Made by a program: the position numbers and the translations under genes | Notes under the pieces: generated by a model | What the model was told of the DNA's origin: nothing | The model's database searches: none | What the model saw: the letters and a program-made list of their open reading frames with translations, nothing else | In this document: one piece after another, positions 39,897 through 54,232 of the stretch | Position numbering within the stretch: position 1 is the first letter of the stretch | How the letters are laid out: every line of letters begins with the position of its first letter | Source: Octopus sinensis | Taxonomy: Eukaryota | Direction: 5' to 3' | Length of the DNA stretch: 64,000 nt | Assembly: GCF_006345805.1 (NCBI RefSeq) | Contig: NC_043005.1 | Location: 104,346,001-104,410,000 of the forward strand

Positions 39897-40335
39897 AAGT
39901 AGTGAGCTGGCAGGATAGTCAGCACGCCGGACAAAATGCCTACTAGCATTTCGTCTGTTTTTATCTTCTGAGTTTAAATACCAAAGAGTTTGATTTTGGC
40001 TTAATACTTTCGGGGTCGATAAAATAAGTACTAGCTGAGCACTGGAATTGATGTAATCGACTAGATCTCTACCCCTAAATTTCAGGCTTTGTGCCCATAG
40101 TAGGAAAAGTTATTGTGAAATATAAAACAAATAAAGCGGTAAGCTAGCAGAATGGTTAGCACGCCGGACAAAATGCTTAGCGGCATTTCTTCCGGCTCTT
40201 TACGTTCTGAGTTCAAATGCCACTGAACTTTACTTTGCTTTTCATCCTTTCGGGTTGATGAAATAAGGACCATTTGAATACTAGGCCTCGTCCACAAACT
40301 TTCAAGCCTTTGTAACTTTATTAGAAATGATTATG
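39897..40335 (+). mobile_element. Two head-to-tail family B SINEs (about 39897-40110 and 40135-40330)
   Basis: Heads GTGAGCTGGCAGGATAGTCAGCACGCCGGACAAAATGC and GTAAGCTAGCAGAATGGTTAGCACGCCGGACAAAATGC. Confidence 0.8.
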
Positions 40336-41262
40336 TAAAATAAAGTAGGTCCTGGAAAGATTTGATCTCAGATACGATATACCGAGGCGTATTGATCGTT
40401 GACGTCCATAATACTGAAAGATTAAAATAAAATATAATGATCTGTTAGATAGTCACGAATAGTCTGCGAGACTTATTATCGGATGAGAGATATGACATTG
40501 ATAGTAGTCGATTGGTCAATAAACTTACTAGAATTTGTATTTTTCTCTTTATCATACCAAATTATAATTTAGAAATAAAATGAAAGCAAAATAAAAAAAA
40601 AAAGGTCACATTTCACTTGACCTCCTACTAACATTGAACAGAATCATTATACATAGTTGTCGTTCTTGACACTACTGCTATTCTATTACCACCATGTGGT
40701 GCACCTGACAACTTTAGTCTAATCAGCTGCGCAAAAATCCAAAGTTGGGCGCCATTTTTTCCTCCGGTTGTCAAGAAATCGGTAAAATTAAGATTAATTC
40801 TTACAGAGAAATTTAGAGATCTGTTTATTTTCTAAAGAACAGGGTGTATTTGTGTGTTATGTGTGCGTGCGGGTGTCCGATTGTATTTCGTACATTTGAG
40901 TAGGCGCATTACTTTTACAAGCCTGTTAATGTGCATGCGTTAATATAAAGCATGTACTAGTGAATAAACGATCGTGTAAAATTCTTGTGCGTGCATGAAT
41001 GTATATATGTGAAAGTGTATGGGATTTGGGTCAAGACATGCACACACATACAAATGTATACATGTGTATTTGGATATCTTTAATTGTGTATATGTATAAG
41101 AGTGATGATAATGTATTTGCGTAAGCGTGCATGATTTTATGTGGGCATTATGTGCACTTGCATAGATCTCTTTCTCTCTCTCTTTCTTTGTCTCAATTTT
41201 CCTTTTTATTTCCATCTCTCTTTCTCTCCCCCCTCTCTCTTTCTCTCCCCCCTCTCTCTCTC

Positions 41263-41320
<58 letters not shown>

Positions 41321-41326
41321 TGTGTG

Positions 41327-41373
<47 letters not shown>

Positions 41374-42943
41374 AATGTATATGCGGGAGTGTGTGTGAGG
41401 CAATGTAGTTAAAAAAGTTTGCCTAACAATCATGACTCCCCAGGTTTAATTTCCACTTTTTTTTTATCCATTCTTACGGTGGCTTTGATCAGTCCAAGCC
41501 TTGTGGTGAAACTGCGTAAACGGGAGCTGGTGTGGATGCCTGCCGGATGGACAAAATCTATAATCCAAAGGGCCAGTCTTACCACACACTGTGTTGCTGG
41601 TTCTGCCTAGGTATTACGATAAGGGTACACGTGTCTTTAACATTCTCAGCTGCTTATATGCTAATTGAATGTGTTGCTGGGTCACCTGATCGAACAACTA
41701 GAATTACTCATCGTCACAACCGGTTCTACATGTACTTATATTGGATAATAATTATATAACTTTTCATACAAGTTTGAGTATATGTTTGCATTATATATGT
41801 AAATATGTGTATATGATGCTGTGTGGAATATATATATGTTTGTGTATTCATGTGTACGTGTATTTTAGTTTGAATATATAATCTAGCTTAGCAATAAAAT
41901 AATTAGTAAATGGATGTCTTTATTTGCTTTTGGAATTAGGTGTAGAGTTTTGTTTATGGAAATGAATGTGGTGAGGTGAGGTGGGGATTGATGATGATGA
42001 TGAGGAGGAGGAGGAGGGGGAGAAAGAGAATGATGATGGCGATGGTGGTGATGGTGGTGGTGGTAGCAATAGTGTTTACTGGTGATAAAGGTAGTTACAA
42101 TGAGATTTGAGATAGATGATGGTGCTGGTTTTTGCAGTATTGGTCATTGTGGCTAGTGTGAGCATGATGATAACTTTGGTGCAGATGAATATGGTTGTAA
42201 CTGTGGTTAGCGTTGGTAATTAGTGTTGATAAAAACGTGTCTGTAATTATAGTGTGATTGGTGTTTTTGCTCCAAGTTCAAGCCTGATGAGTAGAGCTAA
42301 GACCAAAGAATTCCAGCAGCGAACATCTCATCATTTTTATACATCTAGGAAACCCAGGAATATATTATCGAACATACCTTTTTCTTGGACGGTGGAGTGT
42401 AATTTAAGGTAAATTTGACTGCTATTTCTAGCAACCCCAGCAACTTCACATAGTTTCGTTGGTTCGTTGTTGCCTGGTTGTTAGTAATGGTAATGGTGGT
42501 GGTCTCAGTAATGGCAGCAGTGGCGGTAGTGGCTGGGTTTTGATGTAGATGATAGTAGTGGTGACTATGATTGTGACGACTGTGGCTGAGGTATTAGTGA
42601 TGGCAATAGCGACTGTGATGATAGCGTGGGTTCTTGTGCTAACAACCTGAGTACTCGAGAACAACAAGCTGCCATGCACAGATCGCCCTTCCCAGTTATA
42701 CCATGTCTACAACTAGCAGAGGGACATACTGCTGACTTCAACATGTAGTACTAAATCACACTGTATCCTGTGTGACAGTTTGGACTTATTGCACGTAATC
42801 TTCTCTGAAGTCTATTCTTGCACACCCGTAAGTTTTAGTGGGGCTATCATTTATTTTTTATTTATTGTGTAAAGGCCCAGTGAAGCAGCTGAATATGTTT
42901 GTCCCGACTGAGACGGAGAGACTATATTTTTAGGATTTTGTGT

Positions 42944-43105
42944 GGAGTGGCTGTGTAGTAAGTACCTTCCTTACCAACCGCATGGTTCTAGATTCAGTCC
43001 CACTGCGTGGCACCTTGGGCGAGTGTTTTCTACTATAGCCTCGGGCCGACCAAAGCCTTGTGAGTGGATTTGGTAGATAGAAACTGAAAAGAGACCGTCG
43101 TGTAT

Positions 43106-43191
<86 letters not shown>

Positions 43192-43401
43192 CATATGTAC
43201 ATGTATATATATGTATATATGTGTGTGTTCGTGTGGTGTGTTTGTGTTCCCCCACCATCGCTTAACAACAGCGGTTCGGCAAAACAGACAGATAGAATAA
43301 GTACTAGGTTTACAAAGAATAAGTCTTGGGGTCGATTTATTCGGCTAAAGGCGGTGCTCCAGTATGGCCGCAATAGAATGACTGAAACAAATAAAAGAAT
43401 A
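42944..43401 (+). mobile_element. SINE family A, full length
   Basis: GGAGTGGCTGTGTAGTAAG head, TTCAGTCCCACTGCGTGGCACCTTGGGC, internal TA run, ends ACTGAAACAAATAAAAGAATAA. Confidence 0.88.
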
Positions 43402-44020
43402 ATTGTGGTAACAGTTGTGGCTCTGTGGTTGTAGTACAAGGGATAGCGGCGGCGACTGTAGTTTCAAGAATAGCTTTAGCAGTGGTGAATGTTATACAGA
43501 TTAATGCATTAGTTGTTGTGTGGTACCAACAACTATATTCTCTGCTGGAGAGTGAAGTGATTGTAGCATTATATTTCTTTTGTGGCTGCTGCATACAAGA
43601 GAGTCCTGCTTGAGTAGACCTTAATACCAAAGACCATGCTCATCTAATCTCTTCGTGGAGTGTAATTAGGAGTACAATGCCCACTTTATTTTTATGGCAA
43701 TTCAGCGTGGTTTGCAGCAGACTTGGCTACACTTTGCGATATGCCTGTCAAGAAATGATGCTCAAAGACAGAATTCTTCTGATCTTTGGATAACCCATGG
43801 CTGCACAACAACAACAGCAACAACGATAACAACGACAATCATATATACTGTTAACACGAAAATCCTTGATAGATACAGTAACAACATCAATGACAATATG
43901 AGAGAAGACCCTATTGTAATATCGCAAGAAGTTTATGGCAAAGCTGTCCTTGTTTATGTGCACGACGCAATCTAATTAGCGAACTAATCACTTTTAATCT
44001 CTAATTAGATAAGCAAGTGC

Positions 44021-44058
<38 letters not shown>

Positions 44059-45314
44059 GTGTGTGTGTATAAATATGTATATATATATTATGTATACATA
44101 TGTTTATATATATATGTATATATGTATGTACATATGTACATGTATATATATGTATATATGTGCGTGTGTGTGATCGGGAACACGATAGATACCTAAAGAG
44201 ATGGCAAAATAGATAAATAGGCTAATAAATTAACTACATAGATAAAATTAATGGACAAATAAAGCAGATAGCTAGATGTATGTTTAGACATGTTTACATA
44301 TATAGACATATGTATACAAAAACTCATAAACATGTATGTGAATATCTGTAAATAACCAAGTATCTGTAAATATATATATATATATATATAGAGCTATGTA
44401 TATAAATATTTTACACACTCACTTACGCACACGTACACACACACACACACACACATTTTACATGCATTTTTAAGCACAGCGAAATATGCTTATAAAAAAC
44501 TTTTGTATTAGCACGTTTCACTTTCTTTAATGTAAATGTCGCAATGCTATATTAATGCGTTAATTAATGATTCAATTAAAATTAATGTATATATATGTGT
44601 GTTTGTGTGTGTACATAGGTAAATATGTGAGTATATATGTATATATTTATATATATGTGTATGTATATATATATACATACACATACATACACACACACAC
44701 ACACACACATATATGTATTACTTGCTTATGCTTTGTCAAAGAAAGCGTATAATTATTGGGTACAATGCAGCAGAAAAGTAAGGAATCTAAGTTATTCATA
44801 CATTAGACACATTTATTTCAATATATACACTCATCTATTTCCATAAGTTTGCCATTGTTTTATATATTGTTTTTCTGTTCTATAGGTTTTTTGTTATCTG
44901 ACTGGAACACTGTGTTAAAACATATAGCTGATTAGACGTTATATGGTTTCTTTTTTATTTACTGACCTTGGAATTTGCTAAGCTAAGTCAGTTTGGCGAG
45001 GATTTGAATTCCGAAACCAATGAGATGTGGCTCGAAATTCTACTTAAGTTTTTCTACGATCTACCTACCTTCCACCTAAATAAGCATGTATAAATTCTCA
45101 CATCCACATACAAGCACGCACATACACACACACACACACACACACATACTCACACATACATATACTTGTGCATGTGTGTATCTATGTATATATATATGTA
45201 CATGTATATAATTCGATTCCAGACGAAGAAAAAACGGTAGCGTTTTATATTCCAAGCAGAAATGGATAAACATACAGAAATCATCATCTCTTACCGTAAT
45301 TTAATTAATATAAT

Positions 45315-45356
<42 letters not shown>

Positions 45357-46756
45357 TGTATGTGTGTGTGTATGTGTGTGTATGTGTGTGTGTGTATGTG
45401 TGTGTGTGTGTGTGTGTGTATGTGTGTGTGTGTTTTAATTTGTAAAAGGGTTTCGTCTCAGATTGTATTTCCTAATTCATATATTGATCATTCATCTCCA
45501 TATTCTGCTTTGCATTTCCTTTTTTGTTTATGAATCTTAAGCATACTTCTTTTTCATTTAAGTTTGATATTATGCATTGCCATCTTTTGATGTAATTAAC
45601 TAATACAAGGTCTTCATTTTGGTCGCCGTCACTTTGAAATAGGCCAAACGTTGTTAATTTTTCAAGAAAAGCAGGATTTGTTTTATTTCATAATGAATGT
45701 CGTAGCCACAGGATTATTAAGAAGGAACTGAAAGAAATGTTGCTATTCCATTAATCCCTATTCCAGAGCAGTCCGCCAAAATCAAGAAAGAGGGATGGTG
45801 TTTGAATAGCGGAATCCGGTTATAAAAGAGCAATCTGCTTTTCAAAAGAAATAAATGAAGATTCTTATTACTAACCTCTACTCAGAGCAGGCATTCTATA
45901 GTTTCCTCATTGAAGTATTTCATTACTAGACGTGTAAGTAATATATAAAGGTACGTCTTTAGAAGTTTTCTGAAAGAATTTAGAAATTGTAGTGGAGCTG
46001 GTGCTGAAAGCCTGATGTACCAAAGAAAAGAAAGAGAAGCGGTTTCATGGACAATACATTGCAAAATAGAGAAAAAGAAATGGTTTATTCAACTTGATAG
46101 TTGAAAAAAATCAACTGAAGAAATCAAGGAAGATATTTGAGAAGGTGTCATATTGGTTTTGAGATTACAAAACAGTCAAAATGTTTGACCTTTCATTCCT
46201 TAAACAGAGAAAATTTACAATGAAGCAATATTATAAATTCACATTCTTCCCTTATATGACAGATTGGTATTAACATGTGATCCTGATAACGTGTCTGTTC
46301 ATAATCACACGTTTGTACATGATCAGGAAATTGAGATTTTATTTTGTTTCAGCCAGTTCAAAAACTGAGTCTGTTGTAAAGTTTAAAGTTGCAGTAGAAC
46401 AAGAAATGAAACTAAATCTAACAATTTTCAAGAGAAAATTAATCTTTACTTGGAAAGATTCAAGTTTTATGGCACAAATTGCAGCCATTATTATAAATAT
46501 TTCTGACAATAAAGAGATTTAAAGCTTACAAAATAATCACTCCCAAAAGGATGGATCTTTAGTCTTTTGACATGAAATCTCTTTTTTCAATGTCAGTAAA
46601 AGTGAAAAAAAAAAAATGATTTTGAAAAAGATTATAAATTTTGTATACGCTTCTCTTATGTACTTTTATATAAAAATGAGCAAAAACATCATATATGTCT
46701 GTCTGCCTGTCAGTCTGTCTGTTAGTCTGTCTGTTAGTCTGTCTGTCAGTCAGCCA

Positions 46757-46862
<106 letters not shown>

Positions 46863-49800
46863 TTATCCATCTATCTATCTATCTGTGTGTGTAAATAATC
46901 TTAACATACACTTTTAATAGAATATAGGTTATATTTGTGTGTGTAACTCTGTGTGTGTGTGCGCGCGTATGTGAATGTGTGCAAATATGTTGTATATTTA
47001 TATATGTATATATATATTACATAGGTAATTTAATATGTATTGAAGTGGATAACTTAACAGATAAATGAATTGATGTTTCTTGCAGTCAAAAGTTTCTTAT
47101 AAAGTTAATGTTTAGCATCATTTTCTATAAATTTAACCGACCCAGGGGCGTAAATACGGGTGGATGGAACACCGTATTTTCGTGGCATCTCAGAAAATCA
47201 TGTGTTCATTACTAATAACATATCAGTTAGGATAGGTGGATGGATGGTGCTGCAAGTAAATTTTTTAAAAAATAACCATCACTTTTCAATTAAACACTAT
47301 AATTGAAATTTAATTAGTTGGAAATATTTCATCATAATTAACCCAAATTTCATGTCTTTAAACAATTTATTGTGTATTTTGGCTTGTAATGACTCAGAAT
47401 TAATAAATCCACTTGAGACTGAATCATTGTCTCACAATCATAGCTTATGTTTAGATTTAAAAAAAAATTTTATCGATACAATATTAGTTACATTGATATC
47501 ATATGTCAATTCGTTGGTTTTAGTAATATTGCTAACGACATCTTTATAAATGGTAATATTAAACGTAGAACAAACATCGTAAGTCGAAGTATGATATCTT
47601 TAATAAAATGATTACAAGCTGGTTGGATGACTGAAAGCTCTGTTAATCCGATGGTAACACGCTGAGACGATATAGATAGGGGAATATCAGGCAATGCAGA
47701 GAGAAAGGCTACATCCTATGTTGTTCGAAATCATGAAGAGTAATTTGATAATTACCTTCCGTCGCATCACAGATTATAGCTACATTGTAGTGAGATCATT
47801 TATCTCACGAAAATTTAATCGGCGTCAACACCGTCACCTTTTAATACACATTTGATCAATACCGCCACCATTACTATCACCAACTCCAACTTCATCACCA
47901 CAGCTTCACTAACGTTGCACCACAATCATAAACACTTACACCTCAGTCATCACTAGCACCAGTATAATATCATCACCATCAGAAGCAGCAGCACCAGTAG
48001 CAGTAGCAGCACCACCACCACCACCACTACCACCACCACCACTACCACCACCACCACTACCACCACCACCACTACCACCACCGGCACCAATGTCATCACC
48101 ACCAACAGAAGCAATAATCAGACATTAAAAGAACACAAAGATGAGAAACTATTTCACTAAACTGATTATTCAATAAGTAAATTAAAAACATTTGTCCGAC
48201 TGTTCTTTCCTGAAGATAGCAATGAATCAACTTAAAAAGTAAGTTCCGGTTCCGTCACAGACGTTTAATATCTTTAACTTTCATAAACACAAAAATAGAG
48301 TACTAGACACGTGACATACTTTTGTAAGGCGCAAAAGGAAAAAGATAAAAGCAAAAAACAATTAATGCTATATCGAATATTGCGTAAGATGTTAGTGGCT
48401 TCATATTTACAAAAGATTACGAGCAAAGAAAAACTGAATAATTCCCTATTAGACTTACATTATGTTTCACTATTGCTGCGCATGTATGCATGCAGTCGTC
48501 TAATGTAAATAAATAATTTTCAAAATACTTGACTTTCGTCAGGTTAACCAACTAGAGCATACACCAAAGTTTTGAACAAGTTAAGCAACGAAATAAATTA
48601 CAATAATTTTATATATTTCAAAGGGTTAAGTTGGCATATATCTAATGTTAAGAAATACGAATATGTATTCTGTGATTTGTCTATATTTCTCTGAACTGGG
48701 ATATGTTCAAGTCATTCGGTTTTCCGACTATATTTTAGTCACATACAACTATATTATAATCAGTGTTTTGAACGAAAGTTTTCTAAACTAAACTTCTACT
48801 AAAAATGTAGTTTATATTATAAGAAACGTTTCACACACGCAGGGGTTGGTGCGCACGCACACACACACACACACACACACAATCACAAACACGCACGCAC
48901 ACGCATACAGACGCCCACGCATGCATACACACATAAATGTACGTACACACGCAAAGACACATTCACGCACGCACATACAAACACTGGATTATATACAACC
49001 ACATATACACAAGCATGCACGCACACATAAACACACTTAAATTAAAATTACTTTTCATTAATTATTATTTGCAATTAAGTTATGAAACAAAAACAATGGT
49101 TAAAATATATGTATTCAGAAGATTGAATCCTTGTTGTATAAGTCATAAGTAAAGTGAGTAAATAGAATTACATAAATAGGTTTGCGAGTCGATAACTAAA
49201 GTTTATATGGAAAAAGATTCAGCTGGCTCTATAATTCACAAAGAATTTAAATGATTTTAACAGCTTATAGATGTAAAAAAAAAAGAAAAAAATGCCAGAC
49301 AGTGGTGTGGCTATTCATATTGGCAATTCAGCTTTTTCTTTTTTTTTTATGTGAACAGCTTATGCTTGAAAGACAAATGATTACATTTGTAGAAAATTAA
49401 TACGTATATGCAATACATACGCACGCGCATTCATGCTTTCACACGTGAACATACACAAACGAAAGATACACACAGACATACGTATAAGTATATATGATTT
49501 CTTATATACTTTTCTTGGTTTAGGTACTGGCAAATACTACACTATAGTAAATCTAACGAGAAATTACTGTATATTAATATAAATTCCAAATTTCTAATAA
49601 TTTGTAGAAACTTACTTAATCTTAGTAAGCGCATATCCTATTTATTTTTCTTTTTTGACGAAGGATTATTTAGCCATGCTGCTAATTATTATAACCACGC
49701 AAGTCAAAGACAGAATAAATAATATATAGAAAGAACATCACTAAAATTCAAAACAGAAAAACAGAAAACGAAATATTAACATGGTATAATCTCCCATTTG

Positions 49801-50475
49801 TTTAAATATTCATTTCTATGTTGTCTGGATTTTCTTATCAATGAATATTTTCCCTTCAGAGCACCATAGATTTCATGAGTTTTTTAAGAGAAATACCGTC
49901 GAGGTGAGCTACAAACGTACCAAAAACTTCCCTGCTTCCATAGTCAATATAAGCAGAAGAAAAACTTACTGCTAGTGTACGCAAAACTCTTCGCGATGTA
50001 ATTGCGACGACCTTAATATCTCTCCTCCACAAAACATATCTTTTTAAAGATTAGTTTATCTAGCAAAATTATCTCTCGTCAATATTTGTAAAAGAAAAAG
50101 TTATCTAGAGCTTCAAATTTCAGGAAAACGTTCAGCTGATAGTATTGAATCAAGCAGTTGTCTAGTACTCCAAAAGAACAAAGCAAATTTGAACTCGGAA
50201 CTTAATAGACTGTAAGAATCACCTCAATGCATTTCGTCCGACACTACAACGCTTCTGGGGATCCCTATCACCGTTCCCCACCTACACACATTATCGTTTG
50301 TAAACCAGCAAGATCATGGCTCAGGAGAGTACTCCATACGTCTGATGGTTAAAGGGAATATATTTATTTTCAACCAGCCGTATAGATGATTTCCTTCCAT
50401 TTGGGCACGTTATTGCGTCAATCCCGTCCAATTTTATAATCTATAACTAGATATATATAGGCATGCATATACATA

Positions 50476-50518
<43 letters not shown>

Positions 50519-50534
50519 AAGATTATTATACGCT

Positions 50535-50750
50535 TAGTGGCTTAGTGGTTAGGGTCTTACGTTCATGATCGTAAGATTTTGGTTTCGATTGCTACATCGA
50601 GTCTTGTTCTGTAATTTTTAACGAAACACTTTATTTCATGCACTGCCCCAGTTCATTAAGCTGGGAAAAATTCGGCATCCCGCAACGGACCGATGTCTCG
50701 TCCAGTGAGGGAATATTTAAGCCACAGAATCTGGGAATCTGGCGTTATGA
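50535..50750 (+). mobile_element. Degenerate SINE family C
   Basis: TGGCTTAGTGGTTAGGG...CATGATCGTAAGATT..GGTTTCGATT, matching 3030-3085. Confidence 0.65.
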
Positions 50751-50857
50751 TATGACTACTGATTCAAATTATTTTTGTGATTACAAAGATATATATATAT
50801 ATATATATGCATATATACATACGCATATATATATATATATATATGCATATATACATA

Positions 50858-50891
<34 letters not shown>

Positions 50892-50946
50892 TATATACAT
50901 ACGTATATTTACATACTTACATATATACGTAAATACATGTGCATAA

Positions 50947-51388
50947 GTTGCACGGGATGTCACAGAAAGTAAACAACATAAAATACGAAAACATGAAATA
51001 CAAAATACGAATACATGGAATATGAAATTTTTGCGAACAACGAATGAAACAAATGGAAAACAAGACAAGCAACATGAAGAATGACCCTTCATCAGTTGTC
51101 GGCTGTTTTACTAATCCGTATTTCGAGCAATTCACCACAAGATACGCCTTCGATAAAGAATTTACTCCTACAAAGCAAATTAAATAAAATATGGGATTTT
51201 GCGGAGGGTCAATTTGGAAACAAAAACAAAGCAGGGAAAACAAACAGGAAGGGCTGCTAAGCCTAAACGAGGTGAAGTGGTGAATGCAGAGGTGCAAGCT
51301 TGGACAGGAGGCAGACAAGAATGCGTCTGATCCCTCCAGCTGAATCAGAAAAAGAAAAAAAAAACAAGTTGGGGAAAAGAAGGAAAGA
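50947..51388 (-). repeat. Microsatellite-flanked dispersed repeat, related to 11858-12320
   Basis: Same motif order: TTCATCAG at 51089, TTTCGA at 51121, GCAAATTAAATAAAAT, CTAAGCCTA. Confidence 0.5.
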
Positions 51389-51428
51389 TATATATATGTG
51401 TGTGTGTGCGTGCGGGCGTGTGTGTGTA

Positions 51429-51515
<87 letters not shown>

Positions 51516-51540
51516 ATATCTATCTATCTATCTATCTATA

Positions 51541-51608
<68 letters not shown>

Positions 51609-51611
51609 ATA

Positions 51612-51642
<31 letters not shown>

Positions 51643-51669
51643 ATCTATCTATCTATATATATATATATA

Positions 51670-51741
<72 letters not shown>

Positions 51742-51746
<5 letters not shown>

Positions 51747-51975
51747 GTAAATGTAATATGTGACAATTATTCGGTAGCCATGATAAAACTCCGATGTTCG
51801 GATGTCGGGGTGGAATTTTTCATAGCATTATTTCCGATGGTCGGATAACCGACATCCGAAACTCGGAGTTTTATCATGGCTACCGAATAATTGTCACATA
51901 TTACATTTACAGATAAATTCCTCTGTTTACCTAATATCGAGGTTTCGTTCATTCTCTTGTTGTCTTACCATTTCT
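51742..51975. mobile_element. Palindromic element, copy 2
   Basis: Perfect 53-bp arms 51742-51794 and 51863-51915, near-perfect 14-bp inner extension, tail AATTCCTCTGTTTACCTAATATCGAGGT. Preceded by (TATC)/(TA)n. Confidence 0.85.
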
Positions 51976-52082
51976 ATCTCTCTCTATCTATCTATTTATG
52001 TATGTATGTATGTATGTAAGTATGTATGTATGTATGATGTATGTATGTATGTAGTATGTATGTATGTATGTATGTATGTATG

Positions 52083-52181
<99 letters not shown>

Positions 52182-52829
52182 GTATGTATATACACATCGT
52201 CATCATCATCTGATCATCATGTTTTTAATTTCAACTGTCCATTTGCTTTAGCCATCTGTATATTCCCTTATAATATTGCCTGAGCTCGTCGCTTAGATGC
52301 TTTGTATGGAATAAGTATCTCCATTCTATTTGTATGATATTTAATACCATTATGTACACACACGCTCGCGCGCGCATACACACTTGCACACGCCCGCACA
52401 CACTCACAAACACACACGCACGCATAAGAATAAACGAGCGTATTTCAATACCCCATTTCCACAATTCTTTCCTACATTATTTCCGTTGCCATCTCTCTCT
52501 CTCTCTTTCCCTCTCCCTCTCTCATCTCCTACCATTTCTCTCATCTGTACTCTATTAACTCTTCCTCATATTATTCTTTTACATCTAATTTAATTTTCCT
52601 TTTAGTGTTGCTATTCTTTGTGTTTTCTTTATATTTTATTTTTGTCAAACCTACTTTCTCCCGCTCATAAATACAAAAGCAGAACTTAGAATATATATGA
52701 ACACACACACACACATACCCCCCACACATATATAGGTATGAATGTACATGCGTGTGTATATATATGTATATATGTATCAATATATATATATATATATTAT
52801 ATATATATATTATATATATATATATATAT

Positions 52830-53424
52830 AATTTATGTATATATATTTGCAAATATATATATATATATGTATTTGCATATATATGTACATATACATATAC
52901 ACACACACACATATATATATAGATATATATACATACACATACATACACGCATTCACACACACGCACACATATACGCTTACAGAAAATAAAGATAAGGTAT
53001 ATTTCCTTACCGTTGAATTATTTTTTTTTTACCTATTTTCTTTTTTTTATTCCGTCGTTCCCTCTTCCTACTCTTTCGCCATTTCTATATTTCTATATAG
53101 ATATATTTCACCTTAATCGCATTTATTCTTTCAAAAATCTATCAAATCATTCAGTATTTAAAAAGTATATGAATTATGATACAAACATGCACACCTGTGC
53201 ATATATATATATATATTCTATATGTATGTATGTATGTAGTATGTATGTATGTATGTATGTATGTATGTATGTATGTATGTATGTATGTATATATATATAT
53301 ATATATGCATGTGTGTAAGTATGTATATACATACATGCATATATAGAGATGTATGTGTGTATGTGTGTGTGCATACGTACGCATATGTACGATAAATGCA
53401 TACACATTTATAAATCTAACACAG

Positions 53425-53465
<41 letters not shown>

Positions 53466-53857
53466 TATATAATTTATGTATATATATTTGCAAATATATA
53501 TATATATATGTATTTGCATATATATGTACATATACATATACACACACACATATATATATAGATATATATACATACACATACATACACGCATTCACACACA
53601 CGCACACATATACGCTTACAGAAAATAAAGATAAGGTATATTTCCTTACCGTTGAATTATTTTTTTTTTACCTATTTTCTTTTTTTTATTCCGTCGTTCC
53701 CTCTTCCTACTCTTTCGCCATTTCTATATTTCTATATAGATATATTTCACCTTAATCGCATTTATTCTTTCAAAAATCTATCAAATCATTCAGTATTTAA
53801 AAAGTATATGAATTATGATACAAACATGCACACCTGTGCATATATATATATATATTC

Positions 53858-53889
<32 letters not shown>

Positions 53890-54054
53890 TGTATGTATGT
53901 ATGTATGTATGTATGTATGTATATATATATATATATGCATGTGTGTAAGTATGTATATACATACATGCATATATAGAGATGTATGTGTGTATGTGTGTGT
54001 GCATACGTACGCATATGTACGATAAATGCATACACATTTATAAATCTAACACAG

Positions 54055-54060
<6 letters not shown>
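52830..54060. repeat. Near-identical tandem duplication, unit ~640 bp
   Basis: Copies 52830-53430 and 53471-54060 look identical outside microsatellite lengths; identical ORF starts at 53013 and 53652. Confidence 0.9.
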
Positions 54061-54098
<38 letters not shown>

Positions 54099-54136
54099 GT
54101 CAGACAGACACCGGCACAGATAAATATATATATACA

Positions 54137-54232
54137 TACATACATACATACATACATACATACATACATACATACATACATACATGTATGTATGTATGTA
54201 TGTATGTATGTATGTATGTATGTATGTATGTA
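54137..54232. repeat. Zero-spacer palindromic microsatellite (TACA)12(TGTA)12
   Basis: Seen directly; centre CATG at 54183-54186. Confidence 0.9.

Noticed and set aside
45815-45925. TATAAAAG followed by a short ATG ORF
   Set aside because: The ORF stops after 24 codons, and TATA-like words are common at this AT content.
46353-46522. Possible terminal exon after a strong TTTTGTTTCAG acceptor
   Set aside because: AT-rich open frame with no recognisable domain and no independent support.
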